Assembly: GCA_031409335.1 (NCBI GenBank)
Contig: JANNWY010000214.1
Coordinates: 53,233-117,232 of the forward strand
Direction of reading: 5' to 3'
DNA from: Chthoniobacteraceae bacterium
GTDB taxonomy: Bacteria > Verrucomicrobiota > Verrucomicrobiia > Chthoniobacterales > Chthoniobacteraceae
DNA: 64,000 nt
Part shown: one piece after another, positions 10,460-19,037 of the stretch
How the letters are laid out: every line of letters begins with the position of its first letter
Position numbering within the stretch: the first letter of the stretch is position 1
Position numbers and translations under genes: made by a program
Notes under the pieces: model-generated
The model's database searches: none
What the model was told of the DNA's origin: nothing
Seen by the model: the letters and a program-made list of their open reading frames with translations, nothing else

Positions 10460-10789
10460 TCAAAACATCAGCAAGGCTTCGTCTGGGTCGGCGAGGAACA
10501 CCTTGATGGTTGCCGTATGGCTGGCAATGAGCGCAGCAATCGTGGACGTCGGACAATTGCCGAGGCAGAGATAGACCAGCTTTGGCGGATGTCCGCGGAG
10601 CAGGGAGAGAAAGTGGAAGTCAGCGTCCTTGGAGACGATCGCAAAGCCGTCTCGCGCGGCGCGCTCCCAAATCGTCGCATCGTCCGACTCTGCGAGGCCC
10701 AGTTGTTTGACGTGCGCCGAGCCGGGGAAGTCGGCAGCCACGGTTTGCACGAGCCGATCCGACAAATTCTGATCGAACAACAGCATCAA
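10460..10789 (-). CDS. DUF5615-family PIN-like toxin
   Basis: LLFDQNLS, DATIWE, IVSKDADF and PPKLV motifs; start overlaps the stop of the DUF433 gene. Confidence 0.85.
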   Translation of the reverse strand: MMLLFDQNLSDRLVQTVAADFPGSAHVKQLGLAESDDATIWERAARDGFAIVSKDADFHFLSLLRGHPPKLVYLCLGNCPTSTIAALIASHTATIKVFLADPDEALLMF

Positions 10790-11010
10790 CGCGGAACGAA
10801 ATGAATCTTGCGCCCCATGTCAGCGGCAAAGGCCAGCGCTGCTTGGACATCCTCGCGGGTCAATTCCGGGAAATCCTGAATGACTTCCTCGACGCTCATC
10901 CCGCCCGCCAAATATTCCAGCACATCAAACACGGTAATTCGCATTCCGCGGATGCATGGCTTGCCGCTACGTTTTCCGGGCTCGATCGTGATGCGCTCGG
11001 CAAAATTCAT
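10786..11010 (-). CDS. DUF433-family antitoxin
   Basis: RITIEPGKRSGKPCIRGMRITVFDVL...DFPELTREDVQAAL signature. Confidence 0.93.
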   Translation of the reverse strand: MNFAERITIEPGKRSGKPCIRGMRITVFDVLEYLAGGMSVEEVIQDFPELTREDVQAALAFAADMGRKIHFVPR

Positions 11011-11019
11011 GAGCAGAGG

Positions 11020-11925
11020 CTAAGGCGCATCGGGAATGTGGTCAACATGAGCAAGCAACGCTTCCCGCGCCGCGCCGATCGCGCCGGCCCATTCGCCGAG
11101 TGTCGCGGGGAGAATACGGACGGTGTGGCCGGCAGGGCGCCATTCCACTTTTGCGATCTCTTCGCGCAGCGGGTCGAACAACGCATCGCCTGCCTGCGCG
11201 ATACCGCCGCCGAGGATGATCGCTTCGGGGTCGAGGATATTGATGAAGGATGCGAGCGCGCACGCGAGCGCGCGGATGGATGTGAGCCAGACTTCGCGCG
11301 CAAACCCGTCCCCGGCGCGAACCGCTTCGATCAGCGCGTGCGTGGTTTCAAAACGTCCGCCGGTGCGCTCGCGGATGTTCCAATTGCCGATCGCACATTC
11401 CAGCGCGCCGGGCATTCCGGTGATGCTGGGCGGACCGTGGACATCCAGGCAGGTGTGGCCCAAATGGCCTGCCCGCCCAATGTGACCGCGCAGCAGTTTT
11501 CCATCCGACAGAATCGCACCACCGACACCCGTGCCGAGCGTGAGCATGATCGCATCGCGCAAACCGCGCGCGGCACCGACCCACGCTTCGCCGATGAGCG
11601 AGGCGTGCGCGTCGTTGGTCACGGGAACGAGTCCAGCGCGACCGAGAAACTTACCCCACTCCAGACCCTCCAGACCCTGCAAGCGACCCGGCAAAAACGA
11701 GATCGCCCGCCGGTCGGCTGATACGAGCCCCGGCGCGGAAATCCCAACCGGCGCATCGCTACCGATCTCGCCGAAAAGTTCGCGAACCGATTCCGCCCAT
11801 TTGCGAGAGTCGCCGCCATCATCGCGCGTCTCACGGAATTCCCGGCGGAGGATTTCACCCGTATCGGTCACCACGACGCCCTTGATGCGCGTGCCGCCCA
11901 GGTCGATGCCGACTGCGGTAATCAT
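11020..11925 (-). CDS. ROK-family sugar kinase
   Basis: GIDLGGT, NDAHA, LTLGTGVGG, AGHLGH and IILGGG motifs. Start placed at MITAV. Confidence 0.92.
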   Translation of the reverse strand: MITAVGIDLGGTRIKGVVVTDTGEILRREFRETRDDGGDSRKWAESVRELFGEIGSDAPVGISAPGLVSADRRAISFLPGRLQGLEGLEWGKFLGRAGLVPVTNDAHASLIGEAWVGAARGLRDAIMLTLGTGVGGAILSDGKLLRGHIGRAGHLGHTCLDVHGPPSITGMPGALECAIGNWNIRERTGGRFETTHALIEAVRAGDGFAREVWLTSIRALACALASFINILDPEAIILGGGIAQAGDALFDPLREEIAKVEWRPAGHTVRILPATLGEWAGAIGAAREALLAHVDHIPDAP

Positions 11926-12093
11926 TCGCGCCGAATGGTTGCGATTTCGGCCAGAATTCCGGGGGCATTTTTTGCTGGCGGCATGAGAGTGACTCAGCCG
12001 GACCGCCCGCGATTCGGCAACAAAATTGCCTTTGCCGAGTCCATTTGGCCCGATGTATGCATTACCAAATCTGTTGAGCACCCTATTTTATTG

Positions 12094-14013
12094 ATGCCTA
12101 CGGATCGCGACAAACCAACGCATTCTCGCGTTTCCGAGGAAACGAGCTTCCAGTTGTTGTTCGTTCTCAATCCATTGCCGATGTATGTCTTCGACAATGC
12201 CTCGCTGAACATTCTCGCCGTCAACAACGCGGCGGTCGCGCGATACGGCTGGACGCGCGAGGAGTTTCTGGAATTGACCATCGAGGACATCCGCCCGCCC
12301 GAGCAAATCCCCGCGTTGCGCGCCTACCGGCGGAAAGTTTACAGCGATTCCTCGTGCGGGCTGAACCAGTCGATGGCCTGGCGGCACTGGACCAAGGGAG
12401 GCGAAATCATCGAGATGGAGACGACGTGGATGGAGGTGCCGTGGGAGGGCGTCGTTGGCGTGTTGGTGACGTGTGTGGATCGCTCGGAACTCAAGCGCGC
12501 CGAAGAGCGGGCGCGTGAACAGGCCAGTCTGCTGGAACTCGCCGCCGATGCGATCGTCGTGCGCGGACTGGATGATCGGATCGTTTACTGGAACCGCGGC
12601 GCGGAACGGCTCTACGGCTGGACCGCGGCGGAAGCCATCGGGCGGCCTGCCGCGGAAATCTTGCAAATGACTGCCGAAAAAGCGGCAGCGGCGGAAAAGG
12701 AATTGATGGAGACCGGATCGTGGAGCGGGCAGGTCGAACAAAAAACCAAGGCGGGAGCGACCGTCATCGCCAACAGCCGGTGGACGCTGGTGCGCGACGA
12801 ACAAAAACTTCCCAAGTCGGTGCTCGTCATCAACACCGACCAGACCGAGACGAAGAAGCTCGAATCGCAATTCCTCCGCGCGCAACGTCTCGAATCCATC
12901 GGCACGCTCGCGAGCGGCATCGCGCACGATCTGAACAACATTCTCGCGCCGATCCTGATGTCGGTCGGGTTTCTGCGAAAGACCAACGCGGACTCCGAGG
13001 CCGAGGCTTTCCTGAGCATCATCGAATCCAGCGCGGAGCGCGGCGCAGGCATCGTAAAACAAGTGCTGACCTTTGCCCGCGGCGTGGAAGGTGATCGCGT
13101 GCGACTCGAACCGGATCGTCTCGTCGATGAGCTGATCGCCATCATGGTCCAGACCTTCCCGAAGAACATCGACATCCAATCGGACATGCCTCCGAAGCTG
13201 TGGAGCTTTGCCGGCGACGCCACGCAGATTCATCAAGTGCTGCTGAACCTCTGCGTCAATGCGCGCGACGCGATGACCGGCGGCGGTCGCATCACCGTCG
13301 GCGCGAAGAACGTCGAGGTGGATCAGCACCTCGTCGCGATGAATCCCGGCGCGCAGGCCGGCCCGCACGTCGCCTTCAGCGTCGCGGACAACGGTGCCGG
13401 CATGACCGCCGAGACGCTGGAGAAAATATTCGATCCATTTTTCACCACAAAGGAAGTCGGCAAAGGCACTGGCCTCGGTCTCGCCACGGTCCTCGGCATC
13501 GTGAAAAGCCACGGCGGTTTCCTGACCGTGAAAAGCTATCTGGATGTCGGGACCACGTTCCATGTTTTCATCCCGGCCGCAAAGGAACCCGAGCCTGCGG
13601 CGATCGAAACCGACACGCGCCCGATCACCAATGGCGAAGGGCGGCGCATCCTGCTCGTCGATGACGAACCTGCGATCCGCGAGGCCGTCTCCTGCACACT
13701 CCAGGCCAGCGGCTACGAGGTCTTCACCGCCGAGGATGGCACCGACGCCCTCGCGCTTTACCACAATCGCCGCGACGACATCGACCTCGTGCTGACGGAC
13801 ATTTCGATGGGGCAAATGGACGGCGTCACGTTATCGCGCGCATTGAAAAGGCTGAATCCGAAAGTGCGGATCATCGTCTCGAGCGGCCACTTTCATAAGG
13901 ACAACGTCACCATCCTCGAATCGCTCGGCATCAAGACCTTCCTCGACAAGCCCTACACCGCCGAAAAACTGCTGCGCTCAATCCAGGCAGAACTCTCCCG
14001 CCCGATCGCCTAG
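12094..14013 (+). CDS. PAS-PAS hybrid sensor histidine kinase with receiver domain
   Basis: Two PAS domains; H-box GIAHDLNN; NLCVNARDAM; FFTTK..GKGTGLGL; receiver ILLVDDE...TDISM. Confidence 0.95.
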   Translation: MPTDRDKPTHSRVSEETSFQLLFVLNPLPMYVFDNASLNILAVNNAAVARYGWTREEFLELTIEDIRPPEQIPALRAYRRKVYSDSSCGLNQSMAWRHWTKGGEIIEMETTWMEVPWEGVVGVLVTCVDRSELKRAEERAREQASLLELAADAIVVRGLDDRIVYWNRGAERLYGWTAAEAIGRPAAEILQMTAEKAAAAEKELMETGSWSGQVEQKTKAGATVIANSRWTLVRDEQKLPKSVLVINTDQTETKKLESQFLRAQRLESIGTLASGIAHDLNNILAPILMSVGFLRKTNADSEAEAFLSIIESSAERGAGIVKQVLTFARGVEGDRVRLEPDRLVDELIAIMVQTFPKNIDIQSDMPPKLWSFAGDATQIHQVLLNLCVNARDAMTGGGRITVGAKNVEVDQHLVAMNPGAQAGPHVAFSVADNGAGMTAETLEKIFDPFFTTKEVGKGTGLGLATVLGIVKSHGGFLTVKSYLDVGTTFHVFIPAAKEPEPAAIETDTRPITNGEGRRILLVDDEPAIREAVSCTLQASGYEVFTAEDGTDALALYHNRRDDIDLVLTDISMGQMDGVTLSRALKRLNPKVRIIVSSGHFHKDNVTILESLGIKTFLDKPYTAEKLLRSIQAELSRPIA

Positions 14014-14081
14014 CCGCGGCGCCGGCCAAAAAACCCCTTTGCTTTTCGACGCCGGGCGTTAACCTTCGCGCCTCAAAACAA

Positions 14082-14155
14082 CGGGCCGTAGCACAGCTTG
14101 GTAGTGCGCTTGAATGGGGTTCAAGAGGTCGCGAGTTCAAATCTCGCCGGCCCGA
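14082..14155 (+). tRNA. trnP: tRNA-Pro(GGG)
   Basis: Acceptor stem CGGGCCG/CGGCCCG; D-arm TAGCACAGCTTGGTAGTGC; anticodon arm CTTGA-ATGGGGT-TCAAG; T-loop GTTCAAAT. CCA is not encoded. Confidence 0.96.
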
Positions 14156-14254
14156 TCTCTTGAAACCAAGGCTGGTAAAGGATTCGCGGACGATTGGCGT
14201 TTCGCGAAGAAAAGCCTGTATATCCCGTTTGTATATCCGTATGCTCTGTGTGCC

Positions 14255-15427
14255 ATGAAAACAGAGAGCCAAGTCCAGAAACCTCGGGGCACTCGGGAAC
14301 TCCTCGAAAACGTCTCGCCAAATCTCTACCGCCACCGCGAGAACGGCAGCTACTACGGCATTAAAAAGATTGCGGGCAAAATCAAGAGCCACGCCCTCAA
14401 CACAGCAGATCGGAAGACGGCCGATGGCAAACTTCGCACATGGCTCGACGGGCTCGCAGAGACAGACCCCAACAATTCGGACATGACCCTCGGTTCACTG
14501 CTCGAAAAATATGCCGCCTCGCGCACCGACATCGCACACTCCACAAAGGTCGGCGAGGCCGGCAGGATCGCGAAATTCCGCCTTCTGTTTCCCCGTCCGA
14601 TGGACTCCCTCGTCGCGCGGGTTCGGAATTCTGAAATCGCCGCCTGGATCGGGCAAGTCGGGACGGCAAAACGCGCCTCCACCCGCAACCAATTCCGCGC
14701 CTTCGCCCGCGCGCTTTTTGATTTTGCCGTGGCCGACGCGGTGATCGCAAAAAATCCTTTCGATCCGAAGATCATTCGGAAGGCGAAGAAAGAGCCGATC
14801 ATCCGCCGCATCCCTTCGCCGGATGAATTTGAAAAGATCGTCGCCGAGATTCGTCAACCGAACTGGAAGGTCGAGAATGGCAAACACGGCGGACAGCGAC
14901 CGATGTATCAGCACGACAGCGCGGATTTCGCGGAATACCTGGGTCGGGCTGGCATTGGTCAGGCTGAGGCGGTGGGCTTGGATTGGGAGGACATCGACGA
15001 GGAGCGCGATGTGATTCACTACCGCCGCAAGAAAACGCAGCGCGCATTCAACACACCGATTTTCCCGTGGCTAAAGCCGCTCCTGAAAAAACTGCGCGCC
15101 GCTGCGGGGCCAAATGCCCGCGGACCGGTTTTCAAGGTCAAGAACGTGAAGAACGCTCTCCGCGGCGCGACTCAGCGCCTCGGGCTTCCGCACTTCACCC
15201 AGCGCAATCTGCGCGCGATGCGCATCAAGCGGCTTTGGGAGCAAGGCGTGGATGTGAAAGTGATCGCGCAGTGGCAGGGGCATAGCGACGGAGGAAAGCT
15301 GATTATGACCACCTACACCGAAGTTTTCGGCAGCAACGCGGAGAGCTACGAACGCGCGCAACTCGCGAAGGCTGCGGCGGCGGAAGCCGCGATGTCGCAG
15401 CCCAAGCGGCTCAAAAAGGCAGCTTGA
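14255..15427 (+). CDS. Tyrosine recombinase/integrase with atypical catalytic boxes
   Basis: Lies right after the tRNA; KNPF; box I-like AGIGQAEAVGLDWEDI; box II-like TQRNLRAM...GVDVKVIAQWQGHSDGG...TTY. Confidence 0.85.
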   Translation: MKTESQVQKPRGTRELLENVSPNLYRHRENGSYYGIKKIAGKIKSHALNTADRKTADGKLRTWLDGLAETDPNNSDMTLGSLLEKYAASRTDIAHSTKVGEAGRIAKFRLLFPRPMDSLVARVRNSEIAAWIGQVGTAKRASTRNQFRAFARALFDFAVADAVIAKNPFDPKIIRKAKKEPIIRRIPSPDEFEKIVAEIRQPNWKVENGKHGGQRPMYQHDSADFAEYLGRAGIGQAEAVGLDWEDIDEERDVIHYRRKKTQRAFNTPIFPWLKPLLKKLRAAAGPNARGPVFKVKNVKNALRGATQRLGLPHFTQRNLRAMRIKRLWEQGVDVKVIAQWQGHSDGGKLIMTTYTEVFGSNAESYERAQLAKAAAAEAAMSQPKRLKKAA

Positions 15428-15436
15428 TCTGCTGAC

Positions 15437-15625
15437 TCAGCTCGCCCGGACAAGGAGGGTCTCCACGTCCTCGCCGGGGATGAGCGTTTTTGCCTGCACT
15501 TTGCTTTTGCGCAGGAGTTTGCGGGAAATGAAATTGCGGATCTGGCGCTCACTGACTTTGAGATAGGAAGCGGCCTCTTTGGCGGTGTAGGTCGCTTGCT
15601 GCGGGATAAATCGCACCTTTTTCAT
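15437..15625 (-). CDS. Excisionase-like HTH protein (62 aa)
   Basis: YTAKEAASYLKVSERQIRNFI...TLIPGEDVE; convergent with the integrase. Confidence 0.75.
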   Translation of the reverse strand: MKKVRFIPQQATYTAKEAASYLKVSERQIRNFISRKLLRKSKVQAKTLIPGEDVETLLVRAS

Positions 15626-15994
15626 ACGGCGTGGTGTTCTCCCGCGCAGTCGCCCGCGTTTCTCAAAAACTTCGCGATCATCGTCATTACGGGAGCATTT
15701 TCCGAGGCGCGTGGAAAAAGCTCTCCAATGCCGACGCCAAACACGTTCACGAAGTAGAGCAGCTCGAAGTCTCCGACCCAAACAACCCGACATTCCGATC
15801 TTCGCCAGTCCGCTGCGGCTGATATTCCAGCCGGCGGATTGCAGATGTTCGGCGAGTTTGGCCTGGGACCAACCACGCTGTTTGCGCAGGCGCTGCACGA
15901 CCGGACCGATGACGTTGCAATGGGTGTCTCGTCTTATGTGGGGAAACTCATGGCTCAACTGGCCGGCGCGCACGCTCCCGATTGGGAGCGACAT
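15622..15994 (-). pseudogene. Frameshifted XRE-family HTH regulator (start uncertain)
   Basis: NVIGPVVQRLRKQRGWSQAKLAEHLQSAGWNISRSGLAKI continues in another frame as ECRVVWVGDFELLYF. There is one extra G at 15795-15796. Confidence 0.75.
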
Positions 15995-16015
15995 GGCGAG
16001 GCTCGCCCGAAAGCA

Positions 16016-16312
16016 TCACTTCGGACGTGGTGGTCTCTTCGCTCGCAGCTTCTCGATATTTTCGCCGAGTCGCTTGGTGGGATCGAGCTTCGGAAGCAAT
16101 TCGGTCACAGGGATCGCAAGCGCCTCACTGAGATACATCGTCTCGAAATCGCTCACCCAAATGAACTGGCTCTCAATTTTGGAGACTTCAGCGCGGTCGA
16201 TCATCCAGCCAAGAACCTCCAGTCTTGCCGCTAGTTCAGCTTGTTTCAGGTCGAGACTATAGCGCCGCCTCCTCACCTGCGGGCCGACCACGTTTTTATG
16301 CTTTGTGCTCAT
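16016..16312 (-). CDS. XRE-family HTH regulator
   Basis: KNVVGPQVRRRR...KQAELAARLEVLGWMIDRAEVSKIESQFIWVSDFE. Confidence 0.85.
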   Translation of the reverse strand: MSTKHKNVVGPQVRRRRYSLDLKQAELAARLEVLGWMIDRAEVSKIESQFIWVSDFETMYLSEALAIPVTELLPKLDPTKRLGENIEKLRAKRPPRPK

Positions 16313-16382
16313 GCGGGCACAAGCGAAGGCGATACCAGCCCCCGAAAAGCTCCCGTTTGGGAGCCAATTTCAACCGATGCCG

Positions 16383-16634
16383 CTAGGCTTCGGGCCGATC
16401 AATGCGCTGCCATAGCCTTTCCTGAGATACGCCGAGAGCCGCGCTGAAATACAAAACCTCGTAGTCCCTGATGCAGACCCTTTGTGACTCGATTTTATCG
16501 AGCCACTCAACTGAACAGGCCAAACCCTCGTGACGCAGCTTCAAGATTGCTTGCTCCAACGTCCATCCGAGCGCTTCGCGGATTTCCCTGATCGCAGGCC
16601 CGAGCGCATTCTTGGGCTTGAATTTCCGGGACAT
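16383..16634 (-). CDS. XRE-family HTH regulator
   Basis: KNALGPAIREIREALGWTLEQ...WLDKIESQRVCIRDYEV; paralogous to its two neighbours. Confidence 0.8.
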   Translation of the reverse strand: MSRKFKPKNALGPAIREIREALGWTLEQAILKLRHEGLACSVEWLDKIESQRVCIRDYEVLYFSAALGVSQERLWQRIDRPEA

Positions 16635-16657
16635 GCTTAGTCTTCCGCGCGTGCGGA

Positions 16658-17014
16658 TTACCATTCGCCTTCATCGCGCCGCGGCGGCGAGATGGAATAG
16701 GGCGAATGCGGGTTGAGAACCTCATCGGCAGCGAGGTGATAGTCCAAGTCGTCGTGCGGCAGAGGTGGCGGAGCGAGAGTTACAAGCGTTTGTTTCCTCG
16801 GCCAAGTTTCTCCGGCGTCATCAAGCGCCTCCGACGCGATGGAGCGAAGCCTGGTCCGCGGCTGGCCCGGCTGTGATCTGCCTCCAAATCTGAGCAAAAA
16901 ACGAAACCCGATCACGATTGCGGCGAGAAAAGCAAAAACGACCGCGAACACATAAAATGAGATTGCGAGTGGTGAGTGCACTGGGCTTCGGAGGCTCGGC
17001 AAAGATTCTGCCAA
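16658..17014 (-). CDS. Hypothetical single-pass membrane protein
   Basis: One strong hydrophobic segment (AISFYVFAVVFAFLAAIVIGF); co-oriented with the XRE genes. Confidence 0.45.
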   Translation of the reverse strand: MAESLPSLRSPVHSPLAISFYVFAVVFAFLAAIVIGFRFLLRFGGRSQPGQPRTRLRSIASEALDDAGETWPRKQTLVTLAPPPLPHDDLDYHLAADEVLNPHSPYSISPPRRDEGEW

Positions 17015-17145
17015 AGTGTCTTCTCACGCAAGATTGCAATGGCACGTTTGCCATGTGGTGCAAACACCGCTTTCTCGCTTGGCAGTGCGGAACGAATCGC
17101 GGCATCGAACGCCTGCGTTCCGGCAAATCATGCGCGAGCTGGTCG

Positions 17146-17370
17146 GCGCGGAATTGCGTCGGGGGTGACGCTCGTCATGGCGCGGAGGGCGGCGGTTATG
17201 CTGAGATTTATATCGGCATGCGTATTCCCGCCAAGACGGACGAAGGAACGTCAGGATATTGTTCGACGAAGATTCGATTCAGCCAAGCTCCGCATCTTCC
17301 GCCTGAAAATCACCCGCATCTTCGCCTCCCGCCAAGACCCACCCATCCTCCCGGAATCCTTTCATAAGGC
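17146..17370. pseudogene. Relic of the araC / promoter / dehydratase 5'-end module (internally deleted copy)
   Basis: Matches the araC 3' end (53067-53109), the araC 5' end plus intergenic region (53777-53888) and the dehydratase start (LKITRIFASR vs [10 protein letters not shown]). Confidence 0.8.
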
Positions 17371-17560
17371 ATAACGCCGCAAAGTCGCACTCCGCGCCGC
17401 CTGCAAAAGTCAGCCCGACGATCTTGTGCGTGGCAAAGCGGTCGATGATCGCGCGCAGCGGCCTGTCGAAAAAAATGCGCCCGCTGTCGATGATGATGAC
17501 CCTTTTGCACAGCTTCTCGATGTCCTGAATGTAGTGGCGGGTGTGATTGAAAGTGGTGCC
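17371..17560 (-). pseudogene. Fragment of an ABC transporter ATP-binding subunit (H-loop and downstream part)
   Basis: HYIQDIEKLCKRVIIIDSGRIFFDRPL resembles the ABC switch region; no Walker A or signature motif nearby. Confidence 0.7.
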
Positions 17561-17590
17561 AACGAGAGCAGGCGGAAGGTGGTGGACCAA

Positions 17591-17708
17591 GGAGTGGCGA
17601 TTTCCAAATCGCCAAACGAAAAACGCCGCGGAGCGGCCCCTTCTCGCCGCGGAAAGAGAGTGAGCGCTGCGCGCGTGGGAAGGGCGGCGATTCGGAAATC
17701 GCCGCTCC
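17591..17708. repeat. REP-like inverted repeat pair (23-bp arms, each arm itself a hairpin)
   Basis: GGAGTGGCGATTTCCAAATCGCC (17591-17613) vs GGCGATTCGGAAATCGCCGCTCC (17686-17708), 2 mismatches. Confidence 0.7.
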
Positions 17709-17836
17709 CAGTGCGCCGGCCCGATTGCCGCGCTCTGTGGCACCACTTTGAATCACACCCTGTTTTTGCAGGTGCGATAGACGTTGGTCAGTCCGCTGGT
17801 TTCGATGGCGCTCCCGATCCGGTGAAAGAATGGCGC

Positions 17837-18913
17837 TCACCCTTTCCGCACTGGCCCGATGGTCCCGCCGGGCACGAATTCCGCGGGGAAATTGATCGTC
17901 TCGCGGTCTGCGTGGCCTTTTCGGGCGGCTTCGACCCAGCGCACGATGCGGCGGATGATGGGTGCGTTTTCCCAGCGCATCCCCGCGACGGGCGGATGGT
18001 GCCAGAAGAAGGTGGTATCGTAGTCGGCGGCGACCATGGAGACATCCGTGGGGACGCGGATTCCGCGCCGGACGAGAAAGGCGGTGGCGGCATGGAAGAG
18101 GGAGGGTTCATCGAGGATGAGGGCGGTGGGCGGGGTGGTTCGGAAGAGGCTTTCGAGCAGCGCGTGGAAGCCCTCGGGGGTTTCTTCCCAGTCGGGCAAC
18201 CCATAGTCTCCCGCGATGATCCCGCGGGCGGCGAGTTCGTCGAGGAAGACTTGTTCGACGTTTCCCGGTTTGGGCAATCGCCTCTGACGGCGGCAGAGGA
18301 GCACGATGCGGCGATGCCCCAGCCCGAGCAGGCAGCGGGTGGCGGCAGTGTAGGCCGGCACTTTGTCCGGCCCGGTGCGGGCGATCTGCAGCCCATCCGT
18401 GCGTCCGTAGAGGGCCAGGCAGGGTTTCGCCTGGCCGGCAAACCATTCCAGCAGTGGGCGGCTGCCGGACTCCACAATCCAGACATGAGCCGGGCTTTCC
18501 CCGAGGTGGGCTGCGATGTGTTCGACGTCGTGCCGAAGCGCCACCTGGGATTTCGCAGCGCAGAATACTTCATGGCCGGCCGCTTCCAGATCGTGCTGGA
18601 GCTGGGACATCAGTAGTGTCGCCTGCGGCGCTTCCGAGATCGAGGCGTCATACAGGAGAATGCCCACGCGCAGCTTGGTCTCGGCTGAATCGACCAGGTG
18701 GATGGTCCGGCTCCGGCCCCGGCCATGCACGCTCAGCAAGCCCTCGCTTTCGAGCATCCGCAGCGCGGCTTGCAGGGTGTTGGTCGAGACATCCAATTCC
18801 GCCGCCAAACGTGCCACGCCCGGCAGGCTTCCGGCCCAATGCCCGCGCCGCAAGCCCTCGCGCAGGTGCGCGGCGGCTTGCTCGGCGACGGTGAGACGAC
18901 GCAGTGGGTGCAT
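17837..18913 (-). CDS. GntR-type HTH plus LacI-like ligand-binding transcriptional regulator
   Basis: LPGVARLAAELDVSTNTLQAALRMLESEG; LGHRRIVLL, PPTAL, RVPTDVSMV. Start placed at MHPLRRLTVAEQ. Confidence 0.9.
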   Translation of the reverse strand: MHPLRRLTVAEQAAAHLREGLRRGHWAGSLPGVARLAAELDVSTNTLQAALRMLESEGLLSVHGRGRSRTIHLVDSAETKLRVGILLYDASISEAPQATLLMSQLQHDLEAAGHEVFCAAKSQVALRHDVEHIAAHLGESPAHVWIVESGSRPLLEWFAGQAKPCLALYGRTDGLQIARTGPDKVPAYTAATRCLLGLGHRRIVLLCRRQRRLPKPGNVEQVFLDELAARGIIAGDYGLPDWEETPEGFHALLESLFRTTPPTALILDEPSLFHAATAFLVRRGIRVPTDVSMVAADYDTTFFWHHPPVAGMRWENAPIIRRIVRWVEAARKGHADRETINFPAEFVPGGTIGPVRKG

Positions 18914-19037
18914 GGAATGCCTATGGCATATTTTAGCATAGTGGCCAGGGAACAATGATTTGTGAAACACCCCGGTAGACACACTACTGCTCACCACAGT
19001 GACGCATCCCTCCAAAACGAACATTGCCAAGACTCCT

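Larger units (their letters stand above)
14145..17725 (+). mobile_element. tRNA-Pro-integrated element (integrase, Xis-like gene, XRE regulators); right boundary uncertain
   Basis: Integrase adjacent to the tRNA 3' end with a convergent xis-like gene. The 12-bp tRNA-end sequence CGCCGGCCCGAT recurs at 17714-17725. Confidence 0.55.

Noticed and set aside
14114..14254. ORF-track start of the integrase inside the tRNA
   Set aside because: It overlaps tRNA-Pro; ATG 14255 is more plausible.
17039..17054. TGGCACG as a sigma-54 promoter
   Set aside because: No GC at the -12 spacing on either strand; only a short palindrome ATGGCA-N4-TGCCAT of unknown meaning.
16821..17374. Several short ORFs between the XRE genes and the ABC fragment
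   Set aside because: Overlapping, without motifs, and partly explained by the araC relic.
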